DNA of 64,000 nucleotides, taken from positions 9,397 to 73,396 of the forward strand of contig CAZMYM010000007.1 in NCBI GenBank assembly GCA_964570515.1, given 5' to 3'. The notes beneath the pieces were generated by a model, which saw nothing but the letters and a program-made list of their open reading frames with translations, did no database searches and was not told where the DNA came from. This stretch comes from an uncultured Thermotogae bacterium (GTDB lineage Bacteria; Bipolaricaulota; Bipolaricaulia; UBA7950; UBA9294). The translations under genes and the position numbers were made by a program. How positions within the stretch are numbered: the first letter of the stretch is position 1; each line of letters opens with the position of its first letter. This document shows positions 36,534 through 46,498 of this stretch, piece by piece.

Positions 36534-37525
36534 CCCTCGTCCTCCTCGGGGAGGTAGACGTTGGTGAACGCCGCGAGCGGATCGATGGCCGTCTCGATGA
36601 GGCCATTCTCCAGTGCCCACGCAGCGAACCCGGACCAGACCTTCTCTTCCTGCCGCCCCCACTCGCTGGTGACGGTCACGGATTCCCCTGCGAGCCACTG
36701 TTGCGACGCCAGGACCAGTTCGCGGTCAAGCTCCGGCGCGTAGTCAAGCAAGAGTTCTGCCGAGGCTGCGGGAGCCAGCGCTGCGGTCGTATACCCCTGC
36801 GCGACGGCTTGGAGGAACCGGGCGACCAGATCCGGACGGTCGGAGATCGTCCGTTCGCTCGTGATCAGAACGGGTGTGTAGTAGTCGAGAACCTCCGCTT
36901 GATCGCGTAGTGGGAGGAAGTCGAAAGCGATCCCCTCAAGCTCTGCGTGGACTCCCTGCCAGCCGTAGAAAACCCAGTAGAAGTCGGCGATGTCGAGCCG
37001 CACCGCGGTCGTGAAGTCGATGGTCCCGATGTTGACGAACTCGACGTCGTTGGCATCGGCGTCGTCCTGTTCCATCACCGTTCGGATTATCACCTCTTCC
37101 ATCTCGCTTCCCCATCCCGCGTACGTCTTCCCGGCGAAGTCGCTCGGCGACCGGATCTCCCGATCGGAAGGCGACGCGAAACCGGACGTGTTGTGAGGGA
37201 AGAGGGCGGCGACGGAGACGACGGGGATCCCTTGCGCGCGTGCCATCGTCACGTACTCCTGACTCGTGATCCCGAAGTCGGCGTGGCCAACGGCGACGAG
37301 CTGCAGGGCGACCGTCGGCCCCGGCTCGACCAGGCGCAGCTCCAACTCAACGTCACGGAAGAATCCGCGCTCTTCAGCTACCAGCAGTCCGGTGTGGTTC
37401 GTGTTCGGCGTCCAATCGAGGGCAACGCGAACCCCTTCCGCTCGATCGAACAAGCCGCAGCCGACGATGGTCGCAAGGAGAGCGCCCCCCAGGAGCAGTA
37501 CTGCACCGAACGCGAAGTACCTCAT
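36530..37525 (-). CDS. ABC substrate-binding lipoprotein, NMT1/THI5-like (ThiY-like, pyrimidine-precursor binding)
   Basis: Lipobox 'LLATIVGCG'; 'ALDWTPNTNHTGLLVAEERGFF'. ATGA overlap with the permease gene. Confidence 0.85.
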   Translation of the reverse strand: MRYFAFGAVLLLGGALLATIVGCGLFDRAEGVRVALDWTPNTNHTGLLVAEERGFFRDVELELRLVEPGPTVALQLVAVGHADFGITSQEYVTMARAQGIPVVSVAALFPHNTSGFASPSDREIRSPSDFAGKTYAGWGSEMEEVIIRTVMEQDDADANDVEFVNIGTIDFTTAVRLDIADFYWVFYGWQGVHAELEGIAFDFLPLRDQAEVLDYYTPVLITSERTISDRPDLVARFLQAVAQGYTTAALAPAASAELLLDYAPELDRELVLASQQWLAGESVTVTSEWGRQEEKVWSGFAAWALENGLIETAIDPLAAFTNVYLPEEDEG

Positions 37526-38268
37526 TGCCGCCTCCTTTTCATCCACGGTGTGAGCGCCCGGCCGATGGCATCCACCGACTTGAAGAGCCCATAGCTGAGA
37601 AGCATCACGATCAGAATCGCACCAAACATGCGGTCGACGCGGACGGAGCTGAGTGCCCGTGTCATGTACACGCCCATCCCCTTCGCCCCGCCGAGCCACT
37701 CGCCGATGACCGCGCCGAGCACGCTGTACGTTGCCGCGATCTTCGCCCCCGCCACGATGTTCGGAAGGGTCGCCGGGATGTACAGGTGGCGGTACCGATC
37801 TCGCGCGGTCGCGCCGTAGGTCTCAAGGAGCTCCCGATAGGCCGGATCGACGGCCCGGAAGCCCTCGTACGCGCTGACCGCAATCGGAAAGAAGCAGACG
37901 AAGGCGACGATCAGCGTCTTTGCCAGGACGCCAAACCCGAACCAAATCAGGATGAGGGGCGCGATGGCAATCAACGGTATGGCCTGGGAGAGGACGAGCG
38001 GGGGATAGAGCAGATCCCGAGCGAGAATGGAGGCATTCATCGCCATGCCGAAGAGCAACCCGAGGAGAATGGCAAGCGCGAAGCCCGTCGACGCTGCGAG
38101 GACCGTCATGCCAACGTGCGGACCGAGGAAAGAAAGGTCGTTCAAGATCGCGCGAACCGTCGCCGTGGGAGACGGGAGGACATAGGCGGGGACGGGCAGG
38201 AGCCACGTTGCCGCCTGCCACAGGAGGACAAACAGAACAAGACCGATCACCCATCGATGGGAGGCCAT
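37522..38268 (-). CDS. ABC transporter permease (ThiX-like)
   Basis: BPD_transp_1-like, with 'LETYGATARDRYRHLYIPATLP' (EAA-loop region). Start chosen at ATG 38268; ATG 38334 is an alternative. Confidence 0.8.
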   Translation of the reverse strand: MASHRWVIGLVLFVLLWQAATWLLPVPAYVLPSPTATVRAILNDLSFLGPHVGMTVLAASTGFALAILLGLLFGMAMNASILARDLLYPPLVLSQAIPLIAIAPLILIWFGFGVLAKTLIVAFVCFFPIAVSAYEGFRAVDPAYRELLETYGATARDRYRHLYIPATLPNIVAGAKIAATYSVLGAVIGEWLGGAKGMGVYMTRALSSVRVDRMFGAILIVMLLSYGLFKSVDAIGRALTPWMKRRRQ

Positions 38269-38302
38269 ACGGGATCTCGTGCGCGCAGGCGCTGGAGGTT
38301 GA

Positions 38303-38968
38303 TCAGCCACCAGCGGCACCTTCCTTGGGTTCATGAACGACGAGAAGGAGCCCGGCTTCGACGATGATCCGGACGGGAATCCGCGCGACTTCATTCGACA
38401 CACCACGAGAGGCCGCGCGACGCAGTTTCTCACTGCGAAGTCGATAGCGAAGCCCATCGGTTGTCACGAGGGCGGAGTCCGAGAACGGAATCAGAGACAC
38501 GCGATCGCCTGGTCTGACGTCACTCAGGGTTGCCTCGCCGTCGACGAGGCGGGCCGTCTCGTCGCCCGCGACGAGCAGGATAGGGACACTCGCATGGATG
38601 CCCTTCTCCAGCAAATGGAGGCCGGTGAGTGCGTGGTCGAGTCGCTCGCCGAGCACCCCGAAGAGGATGATCTGCGACGGATCCCTGCGCAGGGCGTGTT
38701 CGAGTGCGAGTTCCAGATCCGTCCAGTCCTTGTCGCGAGCAAAGGTATGAACGACAGGACCAACGGCCTCGGCAAGCGTCTTTCGCTCAGCTCCCTGAAT
38801 CGAGTCAAGGTCACCGACAATCTCGTCGACGTGAACGCCATGCGCGAGTGCTTTCGAGTATCCGCCGTCTGCTGCGATGATGTGGTCGGCTGACGCAACG
38901 ACCCGACGGAGCCGCTCCGGGCTCGACCAGACACCGTTCGCCAAGATCAACACCGTTTCCGCTCGCAT
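38303..38968 (-). CDS. thiN: Thiamine pyrophosphokinase
   Basis: 'LILANG...IIAADGGYS...IVGDLDS' and the C-terminal B1-binding motif 'GLRYRL...SNE'. Confidence 0.85.
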   Translation of the reverse strand: MRAETVLILANGVWSSPERLRRVVASADHIIAADGGYSKALAHGVHVDEIVGDLDSIQGAERKTLAEAVGPVVHTFARDKDWTDLELALEHALRRDPSQIILFGVLGERLDHALTGLHLLEKGIHASVPILLVAGDETARLVDGEATLSDVRPGDRVSLIPFSDSALVTTDGLRYRLRSEKLRRAASRGVSNEVARIPVRIIVEAGLLLVVHEPKEGAAGG

Positions 38969-39047
38969 GACGACGGGGGATTCTCCAGGATTTCTGCGAC
39001 CCTACCAACGAACATCCCGGACTCCGTAGGAGCTCCGGGATGCATCC

Positions 39048-39136
<89 letters not shown>

Positions 39137-39249
39137 AAGCGTACACAACGAGCCGACAGACGACAAGCGGACGCCGTCGGTGCCGCTTCGCTTACCCGCG
39201 CTTCCTCACCGGCTGCCGGTTTTGCTGCGTATTGCCGAAGATAGTTACG

Positions 39250-40317
39250 CTATCGCGGTGTGAAGTCGGTGCTGTCGTCGATACCGGCTACGGTGTGGGC
39301 GATCAACTTGGCTGCGTGGTCCGCGTCATCGAGGTGGATCAGTTCGCAAGGGCTGTGCATGTAGCGGTTGGGGATCCCCAGAACCGCTGCCGCGTTCCCC
39401 GCGCCGACAACCTGCATTCGCCCGCCATCCGTCGGGGTGACGCGCGGGTACCCTTCCACCTGAACTGGAATCTTGTTCGCCTTGGCTGCCTCGATCATCC
39501 GTCGGAACAGCTCCGGGTTGATGTTCGGCCCGCGGGTCACTTGAGGGCCCTTCCCGAGCGACAGCTCACCGTGTTTGATCTTTGCGTCGTCCATGCTCGG
39601 GGTGTCGGTTGCCTGGCCGACGTCGACGGCGATCGTCACCGCCGGATCGAGGCCGCACGCACCGACCGTGGCACCCCGGGCTCCGATCTCCTCTTGCGTG
39701 GTGGCGACCGCGTACACGGCAGCCTTCGGCTTCATCGTCGACAGGAGACGCAGCGCCTCGAGGACGACAAACGCACCGATCCGGTCGTCCAACGCGCGTG
39801 CGACCACCGTGTTGTTACGCACTTCGACGAAACCGTAGTCGACGACGGCTGGATCGCCGATCTCCACGAGCGACAGCGCCTCTTCCTTGTCCTTGACGCA
39901 GATGTCGATCCAGAGGTCCTCGATCTTGACGACCTTCTTGCGGTCTTCCGGCGTCATGACGTGAATCGCCTTGCGCCCGATGACGCCGAGGATGTCGCCT
40001 TTCTTCGTGCGAATGTGAACGCGCTGCCCCGGAAGAACTTGCGGATCCCAGCCGCCAAGCGTCTGGAACGACAGAAAACCCTGATCGTTGACGTAGGTGA
40101 TCATCAGGCCGATCTCGTCGACGTGACCGGCGAGAACGATCTTCGGGCTGCCGGTCTCGTTGATCACGGCGAACGTGTTCCCGAGGACGTCCTTCCACGT
40201 GCGGTCGGCGAACCCATCCGCCTCGGACTTCCAGACGGCCGAAGCTTCCTCCTCAAACCCTGTCGGGCACATCGTGCCCATGAACCGCTCTAGAAACTTG
40301 ATCCGCTCTTTCTCCAC
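39250..40317 (-). CDS. M42-family metallo-aminopeptidase (FrvX/CelM-like)
   Basis: 'LERFMGTMCPTGFEEEA...LAGHVDEIGLM...RALDDRIG...TTQEEIGARGA...RYMHSP'. Confidence 0.9.
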   Translation of the reverse strand: MEKERIKFLERFMGTMCPTGFEEEASAVWKSEADGFADRTWKDVLGNTFAVINETGSPKIVLAGHVDEIGLMITYVNDQGFLSFQTLGGWDPQVLPGQRVHIRTKKGDILGVIGRKAIHVMTPEDRKKVVKIEDLWIDICVKDKEEALSLVEIGDPAVVDYGFVEVRNNTVVARALDDRIGAFVVLEALRLLSTMKPKAAVYAVATTQEEIGARGATVGACGLDPAVTIAVDVGQATDTPSMDDAKIKHGELSLGKGPQVTRGPNINPELFRRMIEAAKANKIPVQVEGYPRVTPTDGGRMQVVGAGNAAAVLGIPNRYMHSPCELIHLDDADHAAKLIAHTVAGIDDSTDFTPR

Positions 40318-40419
40318 GCTCTTCCTCCCTTACGTGCTGGTTCCACAGTCTACTCCAGCCTCGGAGTGCCCTCCACCGCAGCACGGCCGAGGCGGCGCAT
40401 AGACCGGTCCCCGCCCGCG

Positions 40420-40449
40420 TTGAATATCAAAACCGGCCTTCGATATACT
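40420..40449 (+). promoter_or_regulatory. Candidate promoter TTGAAT-N18-TATACT, probably giving a leaderless mRNA for the XRE-cupin regulator
   Basis: The -10 ends 8 nt before the ATG at 40458, and there is no SD between them. Confidence 0.45.
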
Positions 40450-40457
40450 GAACCCCG

Positions 40458-41033
40458 ATGGACAACCTTGGCGCACGCCTTCGTGATGCCCGAACACGAC
40501 GCGCATGGACGCTGGAGACGCTCTCCGCGCAATGCGGCCTGTCAACCGGGTTCCTGTCTCAAGTAGAGCGCGGTCTGTCGACGTTGTCCATCGTCTCGCT
40601 GTCGGCGATCTGCCGTGCGCTCGACCTTCCGATCGGGGGCTTGTTCTCTGCGAGCGGTCCGCTTGACGGAGCCGCTCCAGGGGTCACCAAGGCGGTCGAC
40701 CAGCTGCAGATCCGGATTGGCGATTCGCCCGTCGCGTATCGCTACCTATCGAGCCAGCTCCCCGAGAGCCCCGTCGAGGAGCTGCTGATCGCAGAGTTTC
40801 CGCCTGGCTTCAGGCAAGATGACTCGACGCACGAAGGGCAGGAGTTCGGCTACGTTCTGGGCGGGGCCCTTGCGCTGATTGTGGACGGGCACGCACACGA
40901 ACTCGCGACCGGTGACAGCTACAAGATCGCCGCCTCCGAGGCCCATGGATACCGAACACGCGAGGGGGAAGGCGCCAAGGTGTTGATGGCGGTCACGCAG
41001 CGGTTCATCGAGCCGCCGAGGAAAGGAGCCTAG
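40458..41033 (+). CDS. XRE-family HTH + cupin-domain transcriptional regulator
   Basis: 'LRDARTRRAWTLETLSAQCGLSTGFLSQVERG' and a C-terminal cupin 'HEGQEFGYVLGG...GDSYKI...HGY'. Confidence 0.85.
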   Translation: MDNLGARLRDARTRRAWTLETLSAQCGLSTGFLSQVERGLSTLSIVSLSAICRALDLPIGGLFSASGPLDGAAPGVTKAVDQLQIRIGDSPVAYRYLSSQLPESPVEELLIAEFPPGFRQDDSTHEGQEFGYVLGGALALIVDGHAHELATGDSYKIAASEAHGYRTREGEGAKVLMAVTQRFIEPPRKGA

Positions 41034-43196
41034 GTGAGCGAGCGACGGATCGCGAATCATCCGATCGTGCAGCGAGAAGGGGAGAGCTCGGTTACGTTCA
41101 CCTTCGGCGAGCGCTCGATCGATGCGCTCGCGGGAGAGATGATCTCCTCAGCGTTGTACGCGAACGGCATCAGGGTCTTCGGACATCACCCTCGGGACGG
41201 CGCTCCTCAGGGGCTCTTCTGCGCCAACGGGCAGTGCTCGCAGTGCATGGTGCTGGCAGATGGGGTGCCTGTGAAGGCGTGCATGACGCCCGTGACCTCT
41301 GGGATGCACGTGGAGCCGCTCGATCGCCTACCCGACCTCCCGATTGTGGCGGAGGCTCCGGAAATGACCGACGTCGAGACAGTCACTGTCCCCGTCCTCA
41401 TCCTCGGTGGGGGGCCCGCCGGGCTGTCGGCAGCGATCGAACTCGGTCAGCGCGGTGTGAGCACGATCCTGGTGGACGACAAGGATCGGCTCGGAGGAAA
41501 GCTGGTCCTGCAGACGCATCGCTTTTTCGGCTCGATCAACGCGGTCTACGCCGGGACGCGCGGTGTCGACATCGGAGCGCGCCTTGGGAAAGAGGTCGCC
41601 GCGCTCGACTCGGTCGCTGTTTGGCTGAACAGCACCGCATTGGCCGTGTTCGGCGACAAGCGAGTGGGGATCTTGCGAGGGGATCGATACACGCTCGTCG
41701 AGCCGCAGGTCCTGCTCGTCGCCACAGGCGCGCGCGAGAAGTCTCTGGTCTTTCAAGGAAACACGCTCCCCGGCGTCTACGGCGCCGGTGCCTTCCAGAC
41801 GTTGGTCAATCGCGATCTAATTCGCGCCGCCGACCGGCTGTTCATCGTCGGTGGAGGGAACGTCGGCCTGATCGCGGGGTATCACGCGCTGCAGGCCGGG
41901 ATCGACGTCGTCGGACTCGTCGAGGCGCTCCCCGAGTGCGGCGGCTACAAGGTCCATCGGGACAAGCTCGCGCGGATGGGGGTTCCCATCTACACGTCAC
42001 ACACCGTCCTGAGCGCGAACGGCGAAGAGCAGGTGGAATCGGTCACCGTCGCTCGCATCGACAACGACTTCCAGCCTGTGCCGGGATCCGAGAGATCCTT
42101 TGCGTGCGACACCGTCCTCATCGCGGTCGGCCTGGATCCGGTCGACGAGTTCCTCCGTTCGGCGCGCGAGGTCGGGCTGAGCGCGTTCGCCGCCGGCGAC
42201 GCCGAAGAGATTGCGGAAGCATCGGCCGCCATCTTCTCCGGCAAGATTCGCGGACTCGAGATCGCCCGCGAGCTCCTCGTCGCCGACGCGCCTGTCCCGG
42301 AGGATTGGGCGAGAATGGGCGAAGTCCTCAAGTCCAAGCCGGGCGACGTGGACACACAGATCGTCATGCAGCAGGAGTTCCACGGAGATGTCTTCCCGGT
42401 CCTGCATTGCTCGCAGGAGATCCCATGCAACCCGTGTACGTCGGTCTGTCCGCAGGGGCTAATCCACATCGACGAAGCCGACATTCGCGCGTTGCCGAGG
42501 TTCCTCGGTCAAGAACTGGGCAAGACCTGCGTCGGCTGCGAGCGGTGCGTCACGATCTGCCCGGGGCTTGCGATCACGCTCGTCGACGGCCGCACCGACC
42601 GGCTGAATCCGCTGGTCACGATCCCGTTCGAATTCGAGCAAGACCGGCTCGCCGCCGGGGACACCGTAGACGTCCTCGACACCGTCGGCAAGCCGCTCGG
42701 CACCGTCACTGTCGAAGAGGTCAAAGCGATTTCCGCCAACGATCGCACCGTCCTCATCAAGGTGCGAGCACCGGTAGAGACTGCCGTGCGCATTGCGGGC
42801 ATTCGCGTCCAGGAGCCGTGGATTGGCGATTCGCTGCCCGAAGCGGTTGAGCCGATCCGTGACAGCGACATCGTCTGCCGATGCGAACGCGTCACGGCCG
42901 GGGAGATTCGCAAGCTGATCCATGCTGGCTATCGCGATGCGAACGAGATCAAGGTCGTCACCCGCGCCGGCATGGGCGCGTGTGGCGGGAAGACGTGTCA
43001 AGCGCTGATCCTCCGCCTGTTCCGTGAACAGGGCGTCCCGGTCGACGATGTGACGGAAAACGTCGCGAGGCCACTGTTCGTTGAGGTTCCATTCGGCGTG
43101 TTGGGCGGGGCGTGCTGGAACAGCTCGGGCCGTTCCAGCACGTACGAGAACGCACATGGAGACGTGCGTTCTCGCGGTGGGAAGGGGAGAAGCTGA
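41034..43196 (+). CDS. Four-domain fusion oxidoreductase: 2Fe-2S (HcnA/SoxA-N-like) + FAD/NAD(P) pyridine-nucleotide-disulfide oxidoreductase (HcnB/OoxA-like) + 2x[4Fe-4S] ferredoxin + BFD-like [2Fe-2S]
   Basis: 'CANGQCSQCMVLADGVPVKAC', 'VLILGGGPAGLSAA', 'IVGGGNVGL', 'CNPCTSVCPQG', 'CVGCERCVTICPG', 'VCRCERVTAGEI...GACGGKTC'. Confidence 0.85.
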   Translation: MSERRIANHPIVQREGESSVTFTFGERSIDALAGEMISSALYANGIRVFGHHPRDGAPQGLFCANGQCSQCMVLADGVPVKACMTPVTSGMHVEPLDRLPDLPIVAEAPEMTDVETVTVPVLILGGGPAGLSAAIELGQRGVSTILVDDKDRLGGKLVLQTHRFFGSINAVYAGTRGVDIGARLGKEVAALDSVAVWLNSTALAVFGDKRVGILRGDRYTLVEPQVLLVATGAREKSLVFQGNTLPGVYGAGAFQTLVNRDLIRAADRLFIVGGGNVGLIAGYHALQAGIDVVGLVEALPECGGYKVHRDKLARMGVPIYTSHTVLSANGEEQVESVTVARIDNDFQPVPGSERSFACDTVLIAVGLDPVDEFLRSAREVGLSAFAAGDAEEIAEASAAIFSGKIRGLEIARELLVADAPVPEDWARMGEVLKSKPGDVDTQIVMQQEFHGDVFPVLHCSQEIPCNPCTSVCPQGLIHIDEADIRALPRFLGQELGKTCVGCERCVTICPGLAITLVDGRTDRLNPLVTIPFEFEQDRLAAGDTVDVLDTVGKPLGTVTVEEVKAISANDRTVLIKVRAPVETAVRIAGIRVQEPWIGDSLPEAVEPIRDSDIVCRCERVTAGEIRKLIHAGYRDANEIKVVTRAGMGACGGKTCQALILRLFREQGVPVDDVTENVARPLFVEVPFGVLGGACWNSSGRSSTYENAHGDVRSRGGKGRS

Positions 43197-43197
43197 C

Positions 43198-44355
43198 ATG
43201 GCGGGGACAGCGTACGACGTCATCGTCATCGGTTCCGGAAGTGTCGGAATTCCCGCGGCCTGGGCGATGGCGCGCTCGGGGCTCTCCGTCCTCGTGCTCG
43301 AGCGGCTAGCGAGCCCCGGGCAGGGGTCGAACAAGGCCGCGATCGGCGGCATCCGCGCCACACACTCCGAGCCGGCCAAGATCCGGATCTGCTTGCGATC
43401 GCTCGAGATCGCCTCCACGTGGCACGAGACGTACGGCGACGAGATCGAATGGCGGATGGGCGGCTACTCGTTCGTCGCCTACTCCGAGCGTGAGGCGGGA
43501 ATCCTCCAGGGACTGATCGCAGTGCAACAAGCGAGCGGCCTCAGTATTGACTGGAAAGACAGGAACGCGTTGCTCGAGCTGATCCCGGCGCTGAATCCGA
43601 CGGACCTCCTCGGCGGCACATTCTCTCCCGGCGATGGCCTGTGCTCGCCACTCCTCCTCGGGCACGCGATGTACGTCCAGGCTTGCGAAGCCGGTGCGGA
43701 ATTTCACTTCCATGAGACGGTTCGCGAGATCGAGGCCGAAGACGGCCGGGTTCGAGCCGTTGTCACCGACGCGGGACGTTACGAAACGCCGATCATCGTC
43801 AACGCGGCGGGGGCCTGGGCGAACGACGTGGGACGGATGGTCGGGCTCGATCATCCGATTGCCCCCGACTCGCACGAAGGCGGCGTCACCGAGCCGGTCG
43901 CCCCGTTCCTCGGCCCGATGATCGTCGATATCCGGCCGTCCGAGACGGCCGCAAACTGCTACTTCTACCAGCTTGCGACGGGCCAGGTTCTCTTCTCGCT
44001 CACCCCGAAGCCGATCGTCCCCGGCTTCAACTGCCGTGAGACGAGCGACTTCCTTCCGACGGGCTCCAAGCGGATGATCGCCCTCGTCCCGCGCCTGGCG
44101 AACCTCCGCGTGCGCCGCACGTGGCGCGGCCTCTATCCGATGTCGCCCGACGGGGCGCCGTTCGTCGGCTGGTCGAGCGAGATCGAAGGGTATCTCACGG
44201 CAATCGGGATGTGCGGGCACGGCTTCATGCTCGGGCCCGGCCTTGGCGAGGTCCTCGACCGCGTTGTCCGCGACGATCTCCGTGACGAGGATCGGGGTAT
44301 CCTCGATGGCCTGTCGCCCGATCGCTCGTTCGAGAGCCAAGCGGCGTTAAAGTAG
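43198..44355 (+). CDS. FAD-dependent oxidoreductase, DAO family (sarcosine oxidase beta/OoxB/HcnC-like)
   Basis: 'YDVIVIGSGSVGIPAAWAMARSG' dinucleotide fold; '...GHGFMLGPGLGE'. The ATG lies 1 nt after the upstream stop. Confidence 0.85.
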   Translation: MAGTAYDVIVIGSGSVGIPAAWAMARSGLSVLVLERLASPGQGSNKAAIGGIRATHSEPAKIRICLRSLEIASTWHETYGDEIEWRMGGYSFVAYSEREAGILQGLIAVQQASGLSIDWKDRNALLELIPALNPTDLLGGTFSPGDGLCSPLLLGHAMYVQACEAGAEFHFHETVREIEAEDGRVRAVVTDAGRYETPIIVNAAGAWANDVGRMVGLDHPIAPDSHEGGVTEPVAPFLGPMIVDIRPSETAANCYFYQLATGQVLFSLTPKPIVPGFNCRETSDFLPTGSKRMIALVPRLANLRVRRTWRGLYPMSPDGAPFVGWSSEIEGYLTAIGMCGHGFMLGPGLGEVLDRVVRDDLRDEDRGILDGLSPDRSFESQAALK

Positions 44356-44398
44356 CTGCCGCGCGCTCCGCCCGCCAGTGCGGGCTTCGCTTGCTTAC

Positions 44399-44424
44399 GG
44401 GAGAACCGCACTTGGCGGTTCTCC
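44399..44424 (+). terminator. Hairpin GGAGAACCGC-ACTTG-GCGGTTCTCC downstream of the oxidoreductase operon
   Basis: Perfect 10-bp stem. The trailing sequence TGATCGTTT is only weakly U-rich. Confidence 0.45.
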
Positions 44425-44525
44425 TGATCGTTTAGGCGGTCACTGTCGCGCGGCAAGCTGTGCGCAGGTCCTGCGGCCTAGATTGCGGCTGAACGAGGTG
44501 GACACTTGTCATTCTATGTGAATGC

Positions 44526-45149
44526 ATGGCATACTCCTCACTGCCCCCTCGCGATGAGCGGAACTCTCAACGGGGATGGAGGTGGGAAGTGCCAGACGAC
44601 AATCAGAAGCTACCGAAGCAGCCTCCCAAGCTCGTCCCTGGATGGGGGCGTTTCCTGATCGGGGTCTACTTGGTCGCGTTTCTCGGCTTTGCCCTGTACG
44701 CGATCGTCGTACTATGGCCCAACCCATGCGAAGGCGTGAAGACAACCTTCCTGTGCTGGACAATCCCGGAGAACTGCGAACCTGCATGGATTCTGCTCGC
44801 ACTCGCCTCCGGCGCGTTGGGCGGGCTGATCCACTCGCTGCGCTCGTTCTACTGGTATGTTGGCAATCGCGAGCTGGTTCGAAGCTGGGTCGGAATGTAC
44901 ATGCTCCTCCCGCTGGTTGGAGGCGCGCTGAGCGTGATCTTCTACGTCGTGATCCGCGGCGGGCTGTTCTCCGGAAACCTGCCGGGAGACGGTCTGAACC
45001 CGATCGGATTCGCTGCCGTCGGCGCGATCGTCGGCCTCTTCTCCGAGCAGGCCATCCTGAAGCTCAAGGAAGTTGCCAACACGCTGTTCACCACGCCAGG
45101 GACAGGGGAAGACAAGACAACCAATCCCGACGCACCGCCGGACGAATAG
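44526..45149 (+). CDS. Hypothetical 4-TM membrane protein
   Basis: Four hydrophobic segments and a Cys-containing loop 'WPNPCEGVKTTFLCWTIPENCEP'. I recognise no family. Confidence 0.5.
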   Translation: MAYSSLPPRDERNSQRGWRWEVPDDNQKLPKQPPKLVPGWGRFLIGVYLVAFLGFALYAIVVLWPNPCEGVKTTFLCWTIPENCEPAWILLALASGALGGLIHSLRSFYWYVGNRELVRSWVGMYMLLPLVGGALSVIFYVVIRGGLFSGNLPGDGLNPIGFAAVGAIVGLFSEQAILKLKEVANTLFTTPGTGEDKTTNPDAPPDE

Positions 45150-45762
45150 GCGGCCTATGGTCGACCTAGGTCGGTAGGTGCTGCGGCATGCGTGTTGGGG
45201 ATGACTCGTCGGACAGCGTGATCGCGCCAGACGGCACCTTGGGGAGGATAGTCCCTCTCAGGCTTCGTCTCGCGCCGTACCGCGGATGCTCGATCGCGAA
45301 TCGCCCGATTGGTCCAGAGCGCAGAGGATCTTCAACATTCACGCCGACCGAGTTGAAACGGTCACGCCCAGGATCGCGCGGCGAGTGCTCGACAACGACA
45401 AAACCTGCGTCCGAACAACTGGCTCACCCGCCGCCGGATCCTCGCTTGCTTCCTCCTCGCGCCGTTTCGCCTCGGAAACGTGCTCAGGTGAAGCGACAGC
45501 TGCGAGTTGCCGTCCTCATTCCTCACTCTGAGCAAGTGAGTCTCTCTGGCATGATGCAGAAACTCGCTCGTTACCATCGTAGTTGAGCGCCATCGCTCGT
45601 CTCGGGCGCTTGCGGGGAGAGCCTAACGGGCTTTCTCTCAAGCTGCTTGGGCTCTTCAGCCTAAGCAGCCAATCTCCACAAGACTGACACACCGTTGTGC
45701 GACGGTCTCCACAGGCAGGCGGCATCCTCTCCTCGACAAACGCACCATGAGGAGGAAAGAAG

Positions 45763-46284
45763 ATGAGGAACAGAAAGAAGGTTCTCACGATCACGGCCGT
45801 GGTTCTGCTTGCGGCCGGACTCGCGGCCGGCTTCGTGCTTGCGCAGGATGAGGCGGACACTGGAGTCACCGCGTCGAACGAGAGCACCACAATGCTGAGC
45901 AAGGTCGCCTCGATCCTCGGCATCGAGGAATCCGCACTGGCCGATGCGTTCGAACAGGCGAGGCTGGAATCGCTCGACGAGGCCGTCGCGGCGGGCACGA
46001 TCACCGAAGAGCAGGCCGAAGCAATGAAGGCCGGCATCGCGACGAGGAACGCACTGAAGGACGTCATCGATGCGGCCATCGAATCCGGCGAACTTACGCA
46101 GGAGCAAGCGGATCTGCTGGGGCAGCGCATGTCCCAAGGACGCCAGATGGGCCATCTCGGCCTCGGCCTCCAAGGAAGGATGCAGGGTCTCCGCGACAAC
46201 GCACAGGATCCCCGGGGATTCGGCTTCATGCTGAGGACGCCCCGCGGGACGATGAGAGGAGGCGTCTGGGGACGCTGCCCGTAG
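45763..46284 (+). CDS. Hypothetical secreted helical-repeat protein
   Basis: Strong SD GAGGAGGAAAGAAG before the ATG. Signal/anchor 'VLTITAVVLLAAGLAAGFVLAQ'. Repeated 'TEEQAEAMKAG' and 'TQEQADLLGQ' motifs. Confidence 0.65.
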   Translation: MRNRKKVLTITAVVLLAAGLAAGFVLAQDEADTGVTASNESTTMLSKVASILGIEESALADAFEQARLESLDEAVAAGTITEEQAEAMKAGIATRNALKDVIDAAIESGELTQEQADLLGQRMSQGRQMGHLGLGLQGRMQGLRDNAQDPRGFGFMLRTPRGTMRGGVWGRCP

Positions 46285-46498
46285 CTCCCGACGTCACGGA
46301 GGACGGCCGCCTCGCCAGTCGCCGCGGGTGAAAAGGCGAGCGACGCCTGAACCGAGGCCTCCCGAAGCAGGGTGAGACGCGCACGAAGCTTCGCGCGTCT
46401 CGCCCCTTCTTTTCTCGACCGGTTGTTGCCGGCCCCGCTCCGCGCTAGAGTGGTTGTCTCCGGTTCTGAGGTTTCGGAGTCGGTCAAGGAGATGGGGA

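Noticed and set aside
43306-44340. 344-aa minus-strand ORF
   Set aside because: It is antisense to the DAO-family FAD oxidoreductase, whose GxGxxG fold is unambiguous on the plus strand.
45162-45173. 12-nt palindrome CGACCTAGGTCG just after the 4-TM gene
   Set aside because: It is short, cannot form a stable hairpin (its centre is CTAG), and has no second copy in the window.
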